In this document: positions 44,719-56,700 of the stretch, in pieces
Layout of the letters: each line of letters opens with the position of its first letter
Numbering within the stretch: the stretch's first letter is position 1
Source of the DNA: a virus
Length of the DNA: 64,000 nucleotides
Virus record (IMG/VR): IMGVR_UViG_3300036766_000317
Location: 27,825 to 91,824 of that record
Strand: one strand, 5' to 3'
Notes under the pieces: generated by a model
What the model saw: the letters and a program-made list of their open reading frames with translations, nothing else
What the model was told of the DNA's origin: nothing
Database searches by the model: none
Translations under genes and position numbers: made by a program

Positions 44719-46248
44719 TCAGTGTATTTGGATGGCACTGATTCCAAATGCTATATTACTCCAATTTGCGTCAACAGTTACTGCTGAAATGTCTCCTGAC
44801 GAATCGCAACTGCACATGGTAGGAGCAGCATTGACGGTAACATTAGCTACTTGACTCCAGACTTGACTCTCGATACTACCCGATCCCCCTAACCCAATCA
44901 TTCGTAAGTAAGCAGCAACCGCCGTATTTTTTGCTTCGATTCCTAATTTTATTGCTTTAACCCCCTTACCAAGTCTTCCGTTGCTCAGTGCTTCGAGATT
45001 CAAAACTGTAGTGCCGCTTGCTAATGTCCCGCTTCCGTTGTATCCAGTCAAATTCATATAAGTCTGAAACCAAATCACCTCATTCGGAATAGGCTGATAG
45101 TTCCCCTCGCCGATTGAGGAGCCGAAGACGAGCATGGGCTGGGAGAAGTAGACGGCGCACGCCTGAGCAATATTAAACTGGAAAGGAGTGACGTCCGTTG
45201 AACTTGCACTTACGGTATGTGATACCTCAAGCCATTCCCATCCGCCGCCACCAGAATGGTACGAACTGTAATTAGCACCATCATCCCAAATAGCGATTCT
45301 TACAGCATTTGCTGTTGATGTTTTTGCCCATACCCCTATTGTTAGTGGACGGGCGCAATATCTCTGGAGTGATATTGCTGATGTTCTATTTGCAAATCCG
45401 AACGGATACCAAGCGAGATCCATTGCCGCAGGGGCAACCATCTTTAGTGCATAGAAACTCCCATCTTTTGTGTTTGTACCGTCATGTTCTCGATACACAC
45501 CCCCATTAGCGGATTCTCGATACCACCCATCCGGCCCCAACGAATCCGCTGCCACGTAGCCAGGGGTGACTTCGTAGAGGGTGATGGAGTCGAAGAGTAT
45601 ATTGGTTCCACTTGCGGCACCTGCAATCTGCAATAGGGAAACAGTTGTTGAAGTCGTAGTAGCTTCAAAAATTATACTGGTTACCGTAGACGTCCAATCC
45701 GCCGCTGCTTCGGGTCCGATAATATAGTATTCACTCGAAGCTGCCCCAGATGATCCAATTCGGACATGGCAGGTTGCTTCTGTTCCGGACTTCACATATC
45801 CAGTAAATTGGTATAGTTTACCGATAACTGTTGTTACTGTTTGGTACGCACCGGGATTTGCTTCCCCGTTTTCTGTTATCTTAAGACAATTTCCCGTTTT
45901 GCCTGTTCCTGCGTCCGAAGATAGGGCCGCTGAACTTATTGCCGTCCACCCCGTAGTCACACTATCAAACCCGCCATTTGTCACCAGGTTATTCACCAGT
46001 GCAGCATTAGCCCCATCCAACACAGGAGCCGCACCACTTATTCTTTCACATACCGTACTCCCACTCATCGCCATCCACTGAGAGTTGGTGAGGAGGTTTT
46101 GGAGGACGGAATGATTAGATATCAATAAATCTCCCACGGTCACTTTTTTTGACGTTGGTGTTCCTCCAGGATCAACAACGATTTCCATTACATCAGTAAG
46201 CGCAGGAGTAATTGTTGCCGATAAATCTGTTATTTTTAAGTTACTCAT
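44719..46248 (-). CDS. tail fibre / receptor-binding protein with carbohydrate-binding-like domains
   Basis: KITDL..SKKVTV adaptor; NLVTNGGFD; YHSGGGGWEWL. Confidence 0.7.
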   Translation of the reverse strand: MSNLKITDLSATITPALTDVMEIVVDPGGTPTSKKVTVGDLLISNHSVLQNLLTNSQWMAMSGSTVCERISGAAPVLDGANAALVNNLVTNGGFDSVTTGWTAISSAALSSDAGTGKTGNCLKITENGEANPGAYQTVTTVIGKLYQFTGYVKSGTEATCHVRIGSSGAASSEYYIIGPEAAADWTSTVTSIIFEATTTSTTVSLLQIAGAASGTNILFDSITLYEVTPGYVAADSLGPDGWYRESANGGVYREHDGTNTKDGSFYALKMVAPAAMDLAWYPFGFANRTSAISLQRYCARPLTIGVWAKTSTANAVRIAIWDDGANYSSYHSGGGGWEWLEVSHTVSASSTDVTPFQFNIAQACAVYFSQPMLVFGSSIGEGNYQPIPNEVIWFQTYMNLTGYNGSGTLASGTTVLNLEALSNGRLGKGVKAIKLGIEAKNTAVAAYLRMIGLGGSGSIESQVWSQVANVTVNAAPTMCSCDSSGDISAVTVDANWSNIAFGISAIQIH

Positions 46249-46249
46249 T

Positions 46250-46714
46250 TTAATCCTCCTTAATTTCCTCAATAAATGGCAAGATAACCATCATTTCATT
46301 GACAGATAAATTGCACAATTCTTTAACAAAATCAATTTTAATCTTTTTCATCTCAATCGGCACTTCCGCCGATAGGAGAATATTCATCTCTTTAGAAAAA
46401 GTAACAGGATCAGTAATTATAATCGTTGTCTCCCCAACATTATTGGTATTAATAATGATGTCTCCAACTTTCCACTTTCTGATGACCTTGCCTTCTTTTA
46501 TCTCTTCTCCATCCTGCTCATATTTGGCAGAAAAACGATTGTAAATCTTTTGCTTCTCCTGAAAATAGATTGGGGCTAATTCACTCAGTTTCTTGAATAA
46601 TATGGCCAATTTGTATGATACAGCAGTAGAAAATTGCTTTTCCAATAATGGTTTAACATCAATTTTTCCTGCTCCCTCAAAATATGCGTTTGTAATTTTT
46701 ACCTCTTCTGACAT
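46250..46714 (-). CDS. tail-associated hypothetical protein
   Basis: ORF track; SD AAGGAGG. Confidence 0.65.
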   Translation of the reverse strand: MSEEVKITNAYFEGAGKIDVKPLLEKQFSTAVSYKLAILFKKLSELAPIYFQEKQKIYNRFSAKYEQDGEEIKEGKVIRKWKVGDIIINTNNVGETTIIITDPVTFSKEMNILLSAEVPIEMKKIKIDFVKELCNLSVNEMMVILPFIEEIKED

Positions 46715-46739
46715 GATTTAATCCTCCTTTAAAATCATT

Positions 46740-49700
46740 TTACTTTCTCATCTCTATCGCAAACAACGACCTTGCCTTAAAGATGCTTGATGCATATGTT
46801 GCCACTGCCTTTAGTGCATAAGTATAGGTTCCGGCAGCAGGGGTTTCGGAGAAATTTCCTGCTTTTATCGTGCAATACCCACCTCCAAAACCAATCAGCC
46901 CTGTGATTTCTTGAATTAGCGTGGTTCCGCGATACAACCTTAAATCGTAGGTAGTAAAGTCAAGAAAAGCTGCGCCATTAGATCTGAGCGTATATGAATA
47001 GCTGATATAAACAGGGCTGCCGTGCGTTGTGATACTAAGAGATTGCACAGTCGCTTCCGAAGTAATTGTAACGTCCCCATCAGTATATGCAGATACGGGG
47101 ATGGTCACAGCATTGTCTTTAATATTACCCGTGGCAATTATATCTCCACCAACATTAACGTTTGTTCCATCAAAATTTAGATATTGTGTCGAATTTCCAA
47201 CACTAAATTTATATGCTGCACCAGAATATCCTAAAAAGAATCCTGTCCCAGTATTATAATCAGTCTGTCCACCTTTAATTGATCCTCCTCCACTAAGAAT
47301 AATCCCTCCTCCTGTAACAGCAAGACCACCATTAATTACAGCAAGGGTGACATCAGCATTATTCGCCGGTTTCGCAGCCCCCGAAACTTGCGTAGCAAAA
47401 TCAGCCGAACTTACAGTAGCCAATGCTCCTTGTCCTGCAATGCCAGCCGCAATATTAGCGGAGGTTACATCTGCGTTATTTGATGGTTTCGCAGCCCCCG
47501 AAACTTGCGTAGCAAAATCAGCCGAACCAAGTAACGCTAAAGCACCCAAACCTATGACCACAGCATTTGGCACTGCTCCAGATAAAATTGTTATAGCTCC
47601 CTTGATTGTAAGTTGGCCTGTTGTTTGATTCCAAGAGATACCATGACTGGCACCGACATCTCCAAGAACCATATTCCCATTGTTGTCAATATAGGTCTTC
47701 CATGCGCCTCCAGCATAATAGCCCATGTAATTTGCAGAAAGAAAAAGACCACTACCGGATGGTGTTCCTAATCCGGCAGGAATCCCCGTGAGATTAGTTC
47801 CCCATATCGCGCCTATTGTTGCATCATCAGCAGGCTTATGACCATCATTTGTGATTGATGACCAAGGAAGTGTACCAACAAGTGATGCTGATCCATTCAA
47901 TACAAGATTGGTCCCATCCCAATACAAATAATCACCAGCAGGATTTCCGATGCTCAAGACCCACTTACCGCCGACATATCCTACATAGAATCCCGAACCG
48001 GTATTGTAGGCAGTTTGCCCGGCCATGATTCTGAAACCATTAGTAGGATCATAACGTAAACTTCCGGAAGTATCTCCAATTCCAATACCATAAGTGTCGG
48101 TAGAATATCCTAAATATCCATTTAGATTTCCTAATCTCAATCGTGTAGTAATCGAACTCCAAGGTGCACCGGCATGAGTAAATATCGACAAATAAGGAGC
48201 ATTGGTTTCAGAGGCAGTCATATAGATCCCACCTGAACCAGATTGCCTATAATTGATAATTGATGCCCCCTTCTTCCATGCAGGGTTGGCGCCTATAGAA
48301 TATGCAGCAGCTAAATCTCTTGTCACACCATAAGCAGGAGCAGCGGCTATAGAAATCACCTTCAACCATTCATCGTCAATGCCATCTTTAATCCTCAAAA
48401 TATCATCGATGAAAAATGTCTCATTTCCTTCAATTTCCAGAAGAGCAAAATCTTCTGCAAGAATCCTTACATTGCTGTCCTCAGTGATTCTCTGATTACC
48501 ATCCTCGGTAATTCTTACAACAATATCTCCTTCGTTTGCTGTCATATCAATAGTCAAGACATCAGCAGGGAGAACAGCAAGATTTCCACCGATCGCAGAT
48601 ACGACATCCTTTTGAAACACTGAAGAACGAAGGATGCCCCGAGCAGCAATATTCCCTACTTCAAGTAAATTAGGACTTAAAAGGAAACCTGTACCAAAAA
48701 TTCCCGAAACATAATTGGAACTCACAACTCTCGCATTAGCTCCATCAATATGAATATGAGGATCTCCCGATCCTACTTCAAGCGTTCCATCAATCCCTCC
48801 GGAGATGACATGCAATACTCCTGTATTAGATACAGCAAAAGGATTAGTTGCAATATTAAAATCTGCTGCTCCAGCCCATAGATTTCCGTTCACATCAACA
48901 TGGAAAGAAGTAGCATCTGCTCCACCTATATCAATTGTGGATGCTGAAATTGCGCCTGCAAAATAAGCAGACCCCGTTGCCAAAATTCTTACGTTTGCAT
49001 TTGCTAATGTTTGTCCTTCTTGGCAAGCATAGATTCCATCTTTACATATGTACACTCCCGCAGCATTGGTTATCCCATCACCAATTCCATCAGCAGTCTG
49101 AACTGCCCCCGCAGTTTGAAGCTTAATTTTTGGAGAATTCAAAATTTGTTGAGATCCATTTGATGGGAAATTAATCAAAGTTGGGCCAAGTACAGGGTCT
49201 GAACTATAGATACGGATCCCATCCCCATCAATAATCATTCCTGATCCATCAGTATCATCAACAGCTACTTTCCCTGTCGGGGTAATAGTCACCGTCTTTC
49301 CATCAAGTACTTTTTGGGTAGGACTTACACTAATAGTATATTCAATCCCATAGCTTGGGTTCTTAAGAAGCATATTAGGTATTGAAGTAGAACCAAGAAG
49401 TACCCAAGTAGAAGAAGAAGCGACTTTATATTTTACGTACCAATTTGTAGCAAAACCGGTCCATGATATTATTATATTAGTTCCCACAAAGCCGGTCCAT
49501 ACCTCAGTAGCCCGAAGATTATCGACAAATACAATTGCAGCAGGGGCTTCTGGAGGTTCAAGTGTACCAGAATCATCGTAAACATCTGGATTATACTCAA
49601 GAGCCTCTATCTTACAAGTCAGATCATCTTCACGATTAATTCTCAGAATCCGTAGAAATTTTGTCTCTTGCCCAACAGCCGAAATAGTCCATAGATCATG

Positions 49701-52382
49701 AAGAGCTGGCTCGGGAGAAAAAATCGTCTCAACTGTAATACTTACAGCTTCCTCTATTTTGAGAGTGATTGTCCCAGATCCATCTGTGGTTAAATCAATT
49801 ACATCCCCTTCAGAAGTAGCCGCAAGTTTGAAATAATCGGCTGTTGCATCACGCACATAATAAAGCACCCCACGTATAAGTGGTTCAGCAAGAACCTCCC
49901 CCTCATTTGGGAATGATACCAGAGTTCCATTTGAAACACCATGGGCTACACGATTAACCTTATCATCTACAGCAGTAAATGTAACTATCCCAGGTCCGAC
50001 AATAGTTCGTTGCTGTCTTAAATCATATTCATCGGAGTCAATAAATGATAAAGTATAAGTGACACCAGAAGTAAGAGAAATGGTCTTATCAAGTGTGATT
50101 ACCTTATCTATAGCGGAAACAATCCGACCCCCTTCCCCCCATAATGTTACATCATGTTGTACCTCAATAACATCCCAAGGTAGACAACCGATTGCATCAA
50201 TATCGGCATTCCAATTGGCCGTTATCGTAAGCAGTCTATTATTATTTAGGAAGAAGAAAGCATGTTTTAAAGCCGTTGGCCGATCAGTACATCCGATTAA
50301 AGATAGAGATGCTTTTTTCACCTCCTGGGTTGTACTATCAAAATCAATGGCATGCACCTCGATAGTCTTTTGGGTATAATAATCGTCCTTATCCCAATAA
50401 ATAACATCAATTGCATTTGCTCTTTCACTTGAATCCATATAATCAATTCGGAAAGAACGTGCAATAATATTTCCAACATTAAACATAAAACATTGTGCAG
50501 GAATTGTTACTTCTTTATCAACAAAACAGGTAAATATGCTACCCAGTTGAACCACTGAACCTCTTCCTAATAAACCAATCATATTTAATGCTTTACGAAG
50601 ACTTGTACCGGTGTCAAAATAGATATTGCAGGTAAAACCTTTACTAACACAAAATGCCGCCCATATTGCAAAGTCCGCATATACTATCCTTGAATATGGA
50701 ACTCCTCCACCATAAGTTGAATTATGAAGAATATCATAAGCTGCCCACGCTGGATTATTTGCATCTAAATATTCATAGGCACTCCCGGTCCAAACAGGGA
50801 CAGTGGATCGGGCGGCTATAAAATCACAAGATGGTAAACCACCTGAATATTTATCAGTAGCAAGGGCGCGAAGACCGAATAATGCTGTATCCGGATATTC
50901 AAAATCATCATAAAGAATAGTTTCCGTATATTCCAAATAGACTGCATTAGAATACCTTGAAGTTGAAGGAGGAGCAATACCATCATGAAAGCGAACTCTT
51001 ATCTGATAAGATCCAGTAATAACATGGTCACGATAAAAAACTTTTCTTATTGAGGTTGATTGGGCCCCTGTAATTTGAGTATGATCTAATTGAAGTGTTC
51101 CAATTGAATAAATTGATTCAACCCCTAACCATCTCCATTCTCCTACTGTTCTACCTAAGACAGGATCAGATGGTACTGGATTATACCAATACTCCATTGG
51201 TAAAGGATATAAATCTCCTTCTCTATGGTCGTTTGGTTCTGTACTTCCTACTTCAATTTCTACCCATTTTTGGAAATTGGAATCCCAACATCCTGCTGAC
51301 CATCTATCCATAATATAACCTATATCCGTAGAATTATAATCTTCTCTTCTAATCCATCCTTCTTCATCCCCTAATCCCACTACATATTTCCGATATTCAA
51401 TATCAATATCAACAGTCTGTTCAGCAAGGGTGCCATCATTGGCCGCATAAAACAAACCGTTTGGCAGAACTAAAGCAACACCGAGCCCTTCAATAGCATC
51501 CCCATCTAAATCTACCTTCGTCCATGTACCAGAAATTTTCTTTCCTTCCATTTTAGCAGTTCTTGTATCACCAAAATACTGAATGGGAGATTGACTCAAT
51601 TCTCCAAGACGTGTTTCCCAATCAATTCCTTCTTCTCCTTTTGTAACTAAATTTTCATTTATCCTTACCGAAGTATTGGAGATAGAGGTAATTCCGTGAT
51701 CTGCTATTCCATACAGTATATTCATATACTGTTTATCCTCAAGGACTTCCACATATTTTGAAATTATTGGTGGGGTGATACGACATGTTCCATAAAGGAC
51801 AGGAAAAACAACTCCTTCCCTATTGGAATTCCCCGCTGCTTGCCATCCATACGTTGCTGATTGAGAAAAATCACCTGCCGCCCCATTCATATCTGGCGTT
51901 GACATAGGCAAAAGGGCATTAACAAGAAGACTGCCAGCTATCATCACTGCCGCAACATACATCGTACTCATAACCTGTATCGTTTCCGCAGCAAATCCCA
52001 TCCCTTTAAGAGCCGGTATCAATTCATAATTCTCCGTTACTACAGCTATCACTAGAATGGCAATCATAGCAACAATACGAAGCACATCTTTCCCTCCACC
52101 TTGCCCTTGCGGAACAGCGCAAATCGCAAGACTGCCTATCGGTTTTGTAATTAAAAAGTCAATGGAGGGGTCAAGGAGGGAACCATTCAAAGAAACAACA
52201 TACTCATAACCATCCCGAACAGGCACCATCGCATCAATACATTCTTGGATGGTCAAACCAATAGGAAACTCTTTGATCTCTCTAGAATTGAAAGGATCAA
52301 AGGGATTCCTTATATTTGTAACAATCAATCTGTTACCAATAACCATTAGGTCTTTTATCAAACTATCGTTTACCCCTTCCAT
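46740..52382 (-). CDS. central tail fibre / host specificity protein (lambda I+J-like fusion with long C-terminal extension)
   Basis: GGGKDVLR, PVLYG, NNPAW..YD, FNVGNI, EALEY, FN3-like, Gly-rich C-terminus. Confidence 0.88.
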   Translation of the reverse strand: MEGVNDSLIKDLMVIGNRLIVTNIRNPFDPFNSREIKEFPIGLTIQECIDAMVPVRDGYEYVVSLNGSLLDPSIDFLITKPIGSLAICAVPQGQGGGKDVLRIVAMIAILVIAVVTENYELIPALKGMGFAAETIQVMSTMYVAAVMIAGSLLVNALLPMSTPDMNGAAGDFSQSATYGWQAAGNSNREGVVFPVLYGTCRITPPIISKYVEVLEDKQYMNILYGIADHGITSISNTSVRINENLVTKGEEGIDWETRLGELSQSPIQYFGDTRTAKMEGKKISGTWTKVDLDGDAIEGLGVALVLPNGLFYAANDGTLAEQTVDIDIEYRKYVVGLGDEEGWIRREDYNSTDIGYIMDRWSAGCWDSNFQKWVEIEVGSTEPNDHREGDLYPLPMEYWYNPVPSDPVLGRTVGEWRWLGVESIYSIGTLQLDHTQITGAQSTSIRKVFYRDHVITGSYQIRVRFHDGIAPPSTSRYSNAVYLEYTETILYDDFEYPDTALFGLRALATDKYSGGLPSCDFIAARSTVPVWTGSAYEYLDANNPAWAAYDILHNSTYGGGVPYSRIVYADFAIWAAFCVSKGFTCNIYFDTGTSLRKALNMIGLLGRGSVVQLGSIFTCFVDKEVTIPAQCFMFNVGNIIARSFRIDYMDSSERANAIDVIYWDKDDYYTQKTIEVHAIDFDSTTQEVKKASLSLIGCTDRPTALKHAFFFLNNNRLLTITANWNADIDAIGCLPWDVIEVQHDVTLWGEGGRIVSAIDKVITLDKTISLTSGVTYTLSFIDSDEYDLRQQRTIVGPGIVTFTAVDDKVNRVAHGVSNGTLVSFPNEGEVLAEPLIRGVLYYVRDATADYFKLAATSEGDVIDLTTDGSGTITLKIEEAVSITVETIFSPEPALHDLWTISAVGQETKFLRILRINREDDLTCKIEALEYNPDVYDDSGTLEPPEAPAAIVFVDNLRATEVWTGFVGTNIIISWTGFATNWYVKYKVASSSTWVLLGSTSIPNMLLKNPSYGIEYTISVSPTQKVLDGKTVTITPTGKVAVDDTDGSGMIIDGDGIRIYSSDPVLGPTLINFPSNGSQQILNSPKIKLQTAGAVQTADGIGDGITNAAGVYICKDGIYACQEGQTLANANVRILATGSAYFAGAISASTIDIGGADATSFHVDVNGNLWAGAADFNIATNPFAVSNTGVLHVISGGIDGTLEVGSGDPHIHIDGANARVVSSNYVSGIFGTGFLLSPNLLEVGNIAARGILRSSVFQKDVVSAIGGNLAVLPADVLTIDMTANEGDIVVRITEDGNQRITEDSNVRILAEDFALLEIEGNETFFIDDILRIKDGIDDEWLKVISIAAAPAYGVTRDLAAAYSIGANPAWKKGASIINYRQSGSGGIYMTASETNAPYLSIFTHAGAPWSSITTRLRLGNLNGYLGYSTDTYGIGIGDTSGSLRYDPTNGFRIMAGQTAYNTGSGFYVGYVGGKWVLSIGNPAGDYLYWDGTNLVLNGSASLVGTLPWSSITNDGHKPADDATIGAIWGTNLTGIPAGLGTPSGSGLFLSANYMGYYAGGAWKTYIDNNGNMVLGDVGASHGISWNQTTGQLTIKGAITILSGAVPNAVVIGLGALALLGSADFATQVSGAAKPSNNADVTSANIAAGIAGQGALATVSSADFATQVSGAAKPANNADVTLAVINGGLAVTGGGIILSGGGSIKGGQTDYNTGTGFFLGYSGAAYKFSVGNSTQYLNFDGTNVNVGGDIIATGNIKDNAVTIPVSAYTDGDVTITSEATVQSLSITTHGSPVYISYSYTLRSNGAAFLDFTTYDLRLYRGTTLIQEITGLIGFGGGYCTIKAGNFSETPAAGTYTYALKAVATYASSIFKARSLFAIEMRK
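47368..47527. repeat. 43-nt perfect direct repeat in tail fibre gene
   Basis: Identical 47368-47410 and 47485-47527 (SADFATQVSGAAKP). Confidence 0.9.
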
Positions 52383-52774
52383 TTGTAACACCCTCTTAAT
52401 TTTTTGCTAAAAAATCTATCATCTATCCTTGTTATACATACTCCCCTCTTTTCTAGGATATGAATAAACTTACCTTCCCCAACACAAACCCCCAAATGTT
52501 GTGCTAAATTAGGATACATGGGATCAAGAGCAAACACAACCACACATCCTTCTTCCGGAATTTCAATTTTCTCCCATTTGTCGCTCTTTACCGCCTTATC
52601 TATCAAATTTGACACAACCTTCGTTGCATAACAAGCCGTATCTGTATCCAGAACATCATAACCATACAATTTCATTGCCATAAGAAAGATACCTTGACAA
52701 TCAACCCCTTTTTCAAGGTCTCTTCCTCCCCGAACAAACTTTGCACGAAATAACTCAATAAATCTCAAATCCAC
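52370..52774 (-). CDS. NlpC/P60 tail tip protein (lambda K-like)
   Basis: GGRD..GVDCQG, QHLGVCVG.GKFIH. Confidence 0.85.
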   Translation of the reverse strand: MDLRFIELFRAKFVRGGRDLEKGVDCQGIFLMAMKLYGYDVLDTDTACYATKVVSNLIDKAVKSDKWEKIEIPEEGCVVVFALDPMYPNLAQHLGVCVGEGKFIHILEKRGVCITRIDDRFFSKKLRGCYKWKG

Positions 52775-53423
52775 CTTTACCCACCCCTGGAGCGCCTCCA
52801 AATCTACTTGAATTATTAAGGGCCCTACAGGTAACCAATGTATGATCACAAGAGGGTCCTCCGACATGTCCACATCTCCCATCGGATCCCTCAAACTTGA
52901 ATCGACAATGGTTTTTAAGAATACGATTTTGCGGGAAGCGTCTACTATAAGGATTGCTCGCACTCAGCACAAATGTTGCCCATTGATCATCTACAGAAGG
53001 CCGTTTCAATTCAAAAATATGTTCTACTTCAGGATCGGCGTCTGAATCGACCGCAATAACAGCCGTGTTAATTACATAAATATTTACTACAATCGGTTCA
53101 TACCCAAATGCCTTCACATAATCATCATAATATTTTAGATATACATCCATTACTCTGGTTATATTACTAATACGAATTGTAACTACTGGAACTTCTCCTC
53201 CAGACTGATCAGTAAGTTCCTCAATAGAAAAAGGAAAAGCCACCCATGGATCATCCGCTCCATTCTCATACAACCAAGAGATGTTTGCATTATTATTTAC
53301 TAAACGAACAATAAAAGCACTTGGAGTACTTGGAATCGTGATCTTCAATGCCACAAGAAAAACGCTGTCAGTTGCGAGTTTATTTTTCTCTTCTATAGCG
53401 ACGGTACTCAAAGATAGTGGCAT
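52755..53423 (-). CDS. minor tail protein (lambda L-like)
   Basis: AFPF, ISNI, C.FKF...C...CDHTL..C...RFGG Fe-S motif. Confidence 0.85.
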   Translation of the reverse strand: MPLSLSTVAIEEKNKLATDSVFLVALKITIPSTPSAFIVRLVNNNANISWLYENGADDPWVAFPFSIEELTDQSGGEVPVVTIRISNITRVMDVYLKYYDDYVKAFGYEPIVVNIYVINTAVIAVDSDADPEVEHIFELKRPSVDDQWATFVLSASNPYSRRFPQNRILKNHCRFKFEGSDGRCGHVGGPSCDHTLVTCRALNNSSRFGGAPGVGKGGFEIY

Positions 53424-53440
53424 AGCATATAATCCTATTC

Positions 53441-53779
53441 TTAAACTTCTTCGATAGAACAAGCTATTCCGGATCTGTATCCGGGCACCTGCTCGTCCCC
53501 AACCAAAGTGTCCGAACTAAATCTACATGTGTAACTCACACTAGTAATTGGATGCACCCAAGTAAAAGCCGCGCCCATATTTGCACTAAAAAAATCCTCT
53601 AAAAGCTGATAATCTGCTTCACTCAAGTAAGTCCAACTAAGGGACCATTTATGAATACCTCTAGTAGACCTAGGTCTGCTATGAATGTATGTTGCATCCG
53701 ATTCCGTCCTTACTTGAGGTTTATAAAATATCGGACTCGTTTTTAAATTGGGCTGCCGAATTGTCGGAAATGTATTCAT
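53441..53779 (-). CDS. distal tail protein (lambda M-like)
   Basis: LEDFF..GAAFTWVHP..CRF..IEEV; position after TMP. Confidence 0.8.
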   Translation of the reverse strand: MNTFPTIRQPNLKTSPIFYKPQVRTESDATYIHSRPRSTRGIHKWSLSWTYLSEADYQLLEDFFSANMGAAFTWVHPITSVSYTCRFSSDTLVGDEQVPGYRSGIACSIEEV

Positions 53780-53780
53780 A

Positions 53781-56700
53781 TTATCCTCCTATAGCCGAAC
53801 GCAGTCCATACGCATTCCGATTTAAAGCATCAAGCCAAAGAGTCACTATCGTCTTTTGTGCATCAAAAGACACTTTTGATTCTCTTGTTTTCACAGGAGT
53901 GCCTGATTCATTTATTACACGAACTTCTATAGTCGAAGGCCCTTGCATACCGGGCTTGTCTCCTTTCTTCATGACAACTTCCCCTCTCTGTAATATAGCG
54001 GGGAATTCATCGGCTTTCAGTCCTGTATGAAATCTAGGAGCCATAGAAAGCAACCAAGAAGGCATTGTTGTGTTAGTACCATCTTTTCCAACAATACCAC
54101 CTGTGTGCATGGTTGTAACAGGAATCTCTCCAGGACCCGGAGCATACAGACTGGTGGTAGTTGTTGGTGTATTTATAGAAGGAAAATAAGCATTTATCCC
54201 TGCTTGAATTAACTTTATAAAACTTTGGGTCATTTGGTCTGCTAAAAACTTTGCTATAGAATTCCTTATAATATCTATGAAAGCATTAAAATAATCACTG
54301 GCATTCTTTAAATCCCCTTTCATTACATCTACAAAATATGTCTTAAAAGAATCAGACATTCCTTGAGTTATACTATCAATAAGCTCCTTAGTCCTTCGTC
54401 CATATTCATTTAAAGCATACTCTGTTTCAGACAAAGCCCGTTTAACCACACCCACAACACCCTTAGTAGAATAAAGATATTCCCAAGATTCATATTCCTT
54501 CTGTCGATTAGCAATTACATTTGTCAGATGGTCTTGATCTGCTTTATTCAGATCCGCATTTAATTTTAGTCGGGCTTGAAAAAGAGATTCATCTAAAGCT
54601 ATCATCACCTCTGTATCACCAACTGCTTCTGCCTTCTTCTTTTCTGTCTTAGCAACAAAATCATCATATTCCTCTTGAAGATGCTTTTTGGTCAATTCCA
54701 AACTATTCTCAGTATACATTTCTTGTAAAGCAAAATAGTCCTTGGTTTCTGTAAGTTTCTGAGAATACATCCAATCATTTAAAGAAGCCAAAGTGCTCAG
54801 ATGGAAACTTTCCTTATCTGCATTAGCTTTTCTCAATATCTCCTGAGCACTATAATCATTCTCAATCCTTTGTAAACCCCGTTTTAGTGCCATATCTAAA
54901 ACTAAAAAATCAGTGTCCAAGTTGCTTTTCTTCAAAGTCCTCTTACTTGCAGCAAGATCCCCTTCCTGTTTCACTAAAGCATCATTGAGCTGTCTTCCCA
55001 ACTCGATTTCTTTTTCCTCACTTATTCCTTTCAATGCCATTTGATTTCTGAGACTGTCTACTCTTAATGCAGTGGCATCAACAATTTGCTTTACTTCCCT
55101 ATCATAATTGTCCTTATCCAAAGTATTTTTGCTGGTTATAAATTCCGCAAATCCTTTTTGATTCTGCCCATAGTAAAAATTATTTTTAGCTATCCTTTCG
55201 TCTATCTGAGAAATGTCCTCATCAAAAACCTGCTTCTGCAATCCCCTTTGTAAAGTAAAAAAATACTCCATTTGTTTTTGGATTGTTTGCAAATTAGCCA
55301 ACATCTTTTTTGTGGCTTCGTCATCTAAACCCTCTTTTTCCTTAATCCTCAAAACTTCTAATTTTCCAATCTTCTCAAGTCTTGCGAGTTCTCTGTTTGT
55401 TTCTGCTTTATTAACAGCTTCATTAGATTTGCCTCCAGAGGATTTCTCTCTGAGAACCTCTATAGCTTTTGCTTTCTTAGCATCCTCCAATGCAAAATTA
55501 GCATTGATTAAATCCTCTTCTATTTTGTAAGACTTTCGGATTAGTCCGTCTCGTTGTGCATAGTAATTCTGCTCCCCAATCAACCCAATTTGAAAGCTAT
55601 TCTGTAATTCTGACAATTTAGCATTATTTATGGCCTTTTCTAATTCAATCCGATTTTGCAATAACTTAGCATCAATTTGTTTCTGAGATGCCAATTCGTC
55701 ATTGGTATCATCCTTAGTATCTCCGACTTTTAATTCCTTAATTTTCTGTAGATATTCCAAATATGCCCTTACCGTTTTTTGTTGCCCAGAAGACAACGAC
55801 AATATTTTTGTTTCCCTAAGGACTTCATTCATTTTTAAAAGATCAACGGCTGCCCGATTTAATTTATCAAGTTGCTCCTTAGATAATGTAGAAATAGCTT
55901 TCCCAATATTTATATTAGATAATTCCTTAGTTGTAGCCAAAGCTGCATTAAGTTGGACAAATGACCCAGCAGTTACATTGACAGCATCATTATTACCAAA
56001 CAAAGTATCAAGATTTCCACGTACCCATACAAAAACATTGACAACCCCAGAAGCCCAACGTTGCCACATCTTTAAATCGGCTTCTTTTGCCCTCATTAAG
56101 GCGTCAAGTTTTGCTTGTGTTTCTGTCAATTCCGTTCGTATACCTTCAAAAGCCTCAACAGCTTTCGTTTCAGCCAATTGCTTACGTTCAATACTAACTT
56201 TCTTTAAAAGTTCTATTTGTTTTTCCAAATCGTTATTGGCACCAATCAAATCTGGAATGAGTTCGGGAAAAGCCTTTCCCATAGCTTCCATAACAGACAC
56301 ATACTCTATGGAAATATCCTTCTCTTCCTTCTTCTTTTTTTTCAACTCTTCTAATTTCTTTATGTAAGCATCGATTGACGCCCCTTGTTGCTCATATACA
56401 ATGGAATCTTTTTCTGCCTGTTCCGTAGCTTCTTTCTGAGAATTAGCAGTTGTTACTAAAACTGTACCTAATACCCCCAATGCAATAGCAACCCATCCAA
56501 TAGGACCTATAGTAGTAAGAAATCCCATAACAGAAGCCCGTAATACCTTAAGGACTCCAGCGGCAAATACCGATTTGATTCCCATTCCTACAATGGCCAC
56601 AGACAAAGCATTAATTCCTGTAACAAAAAGCCAAGTTGCCGTTGTTAGTAAAGCAAAATTCCCCAATAATCCTCCAAAAGAAGATTTTGCGAATTGACCT

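Noticed and set aside
44719-52382. Diversity-generating retroelement targeting tail fibres
   Set aside because: No reverse transcriptase in the window; the repeat pair is identical rather than adenine-variable
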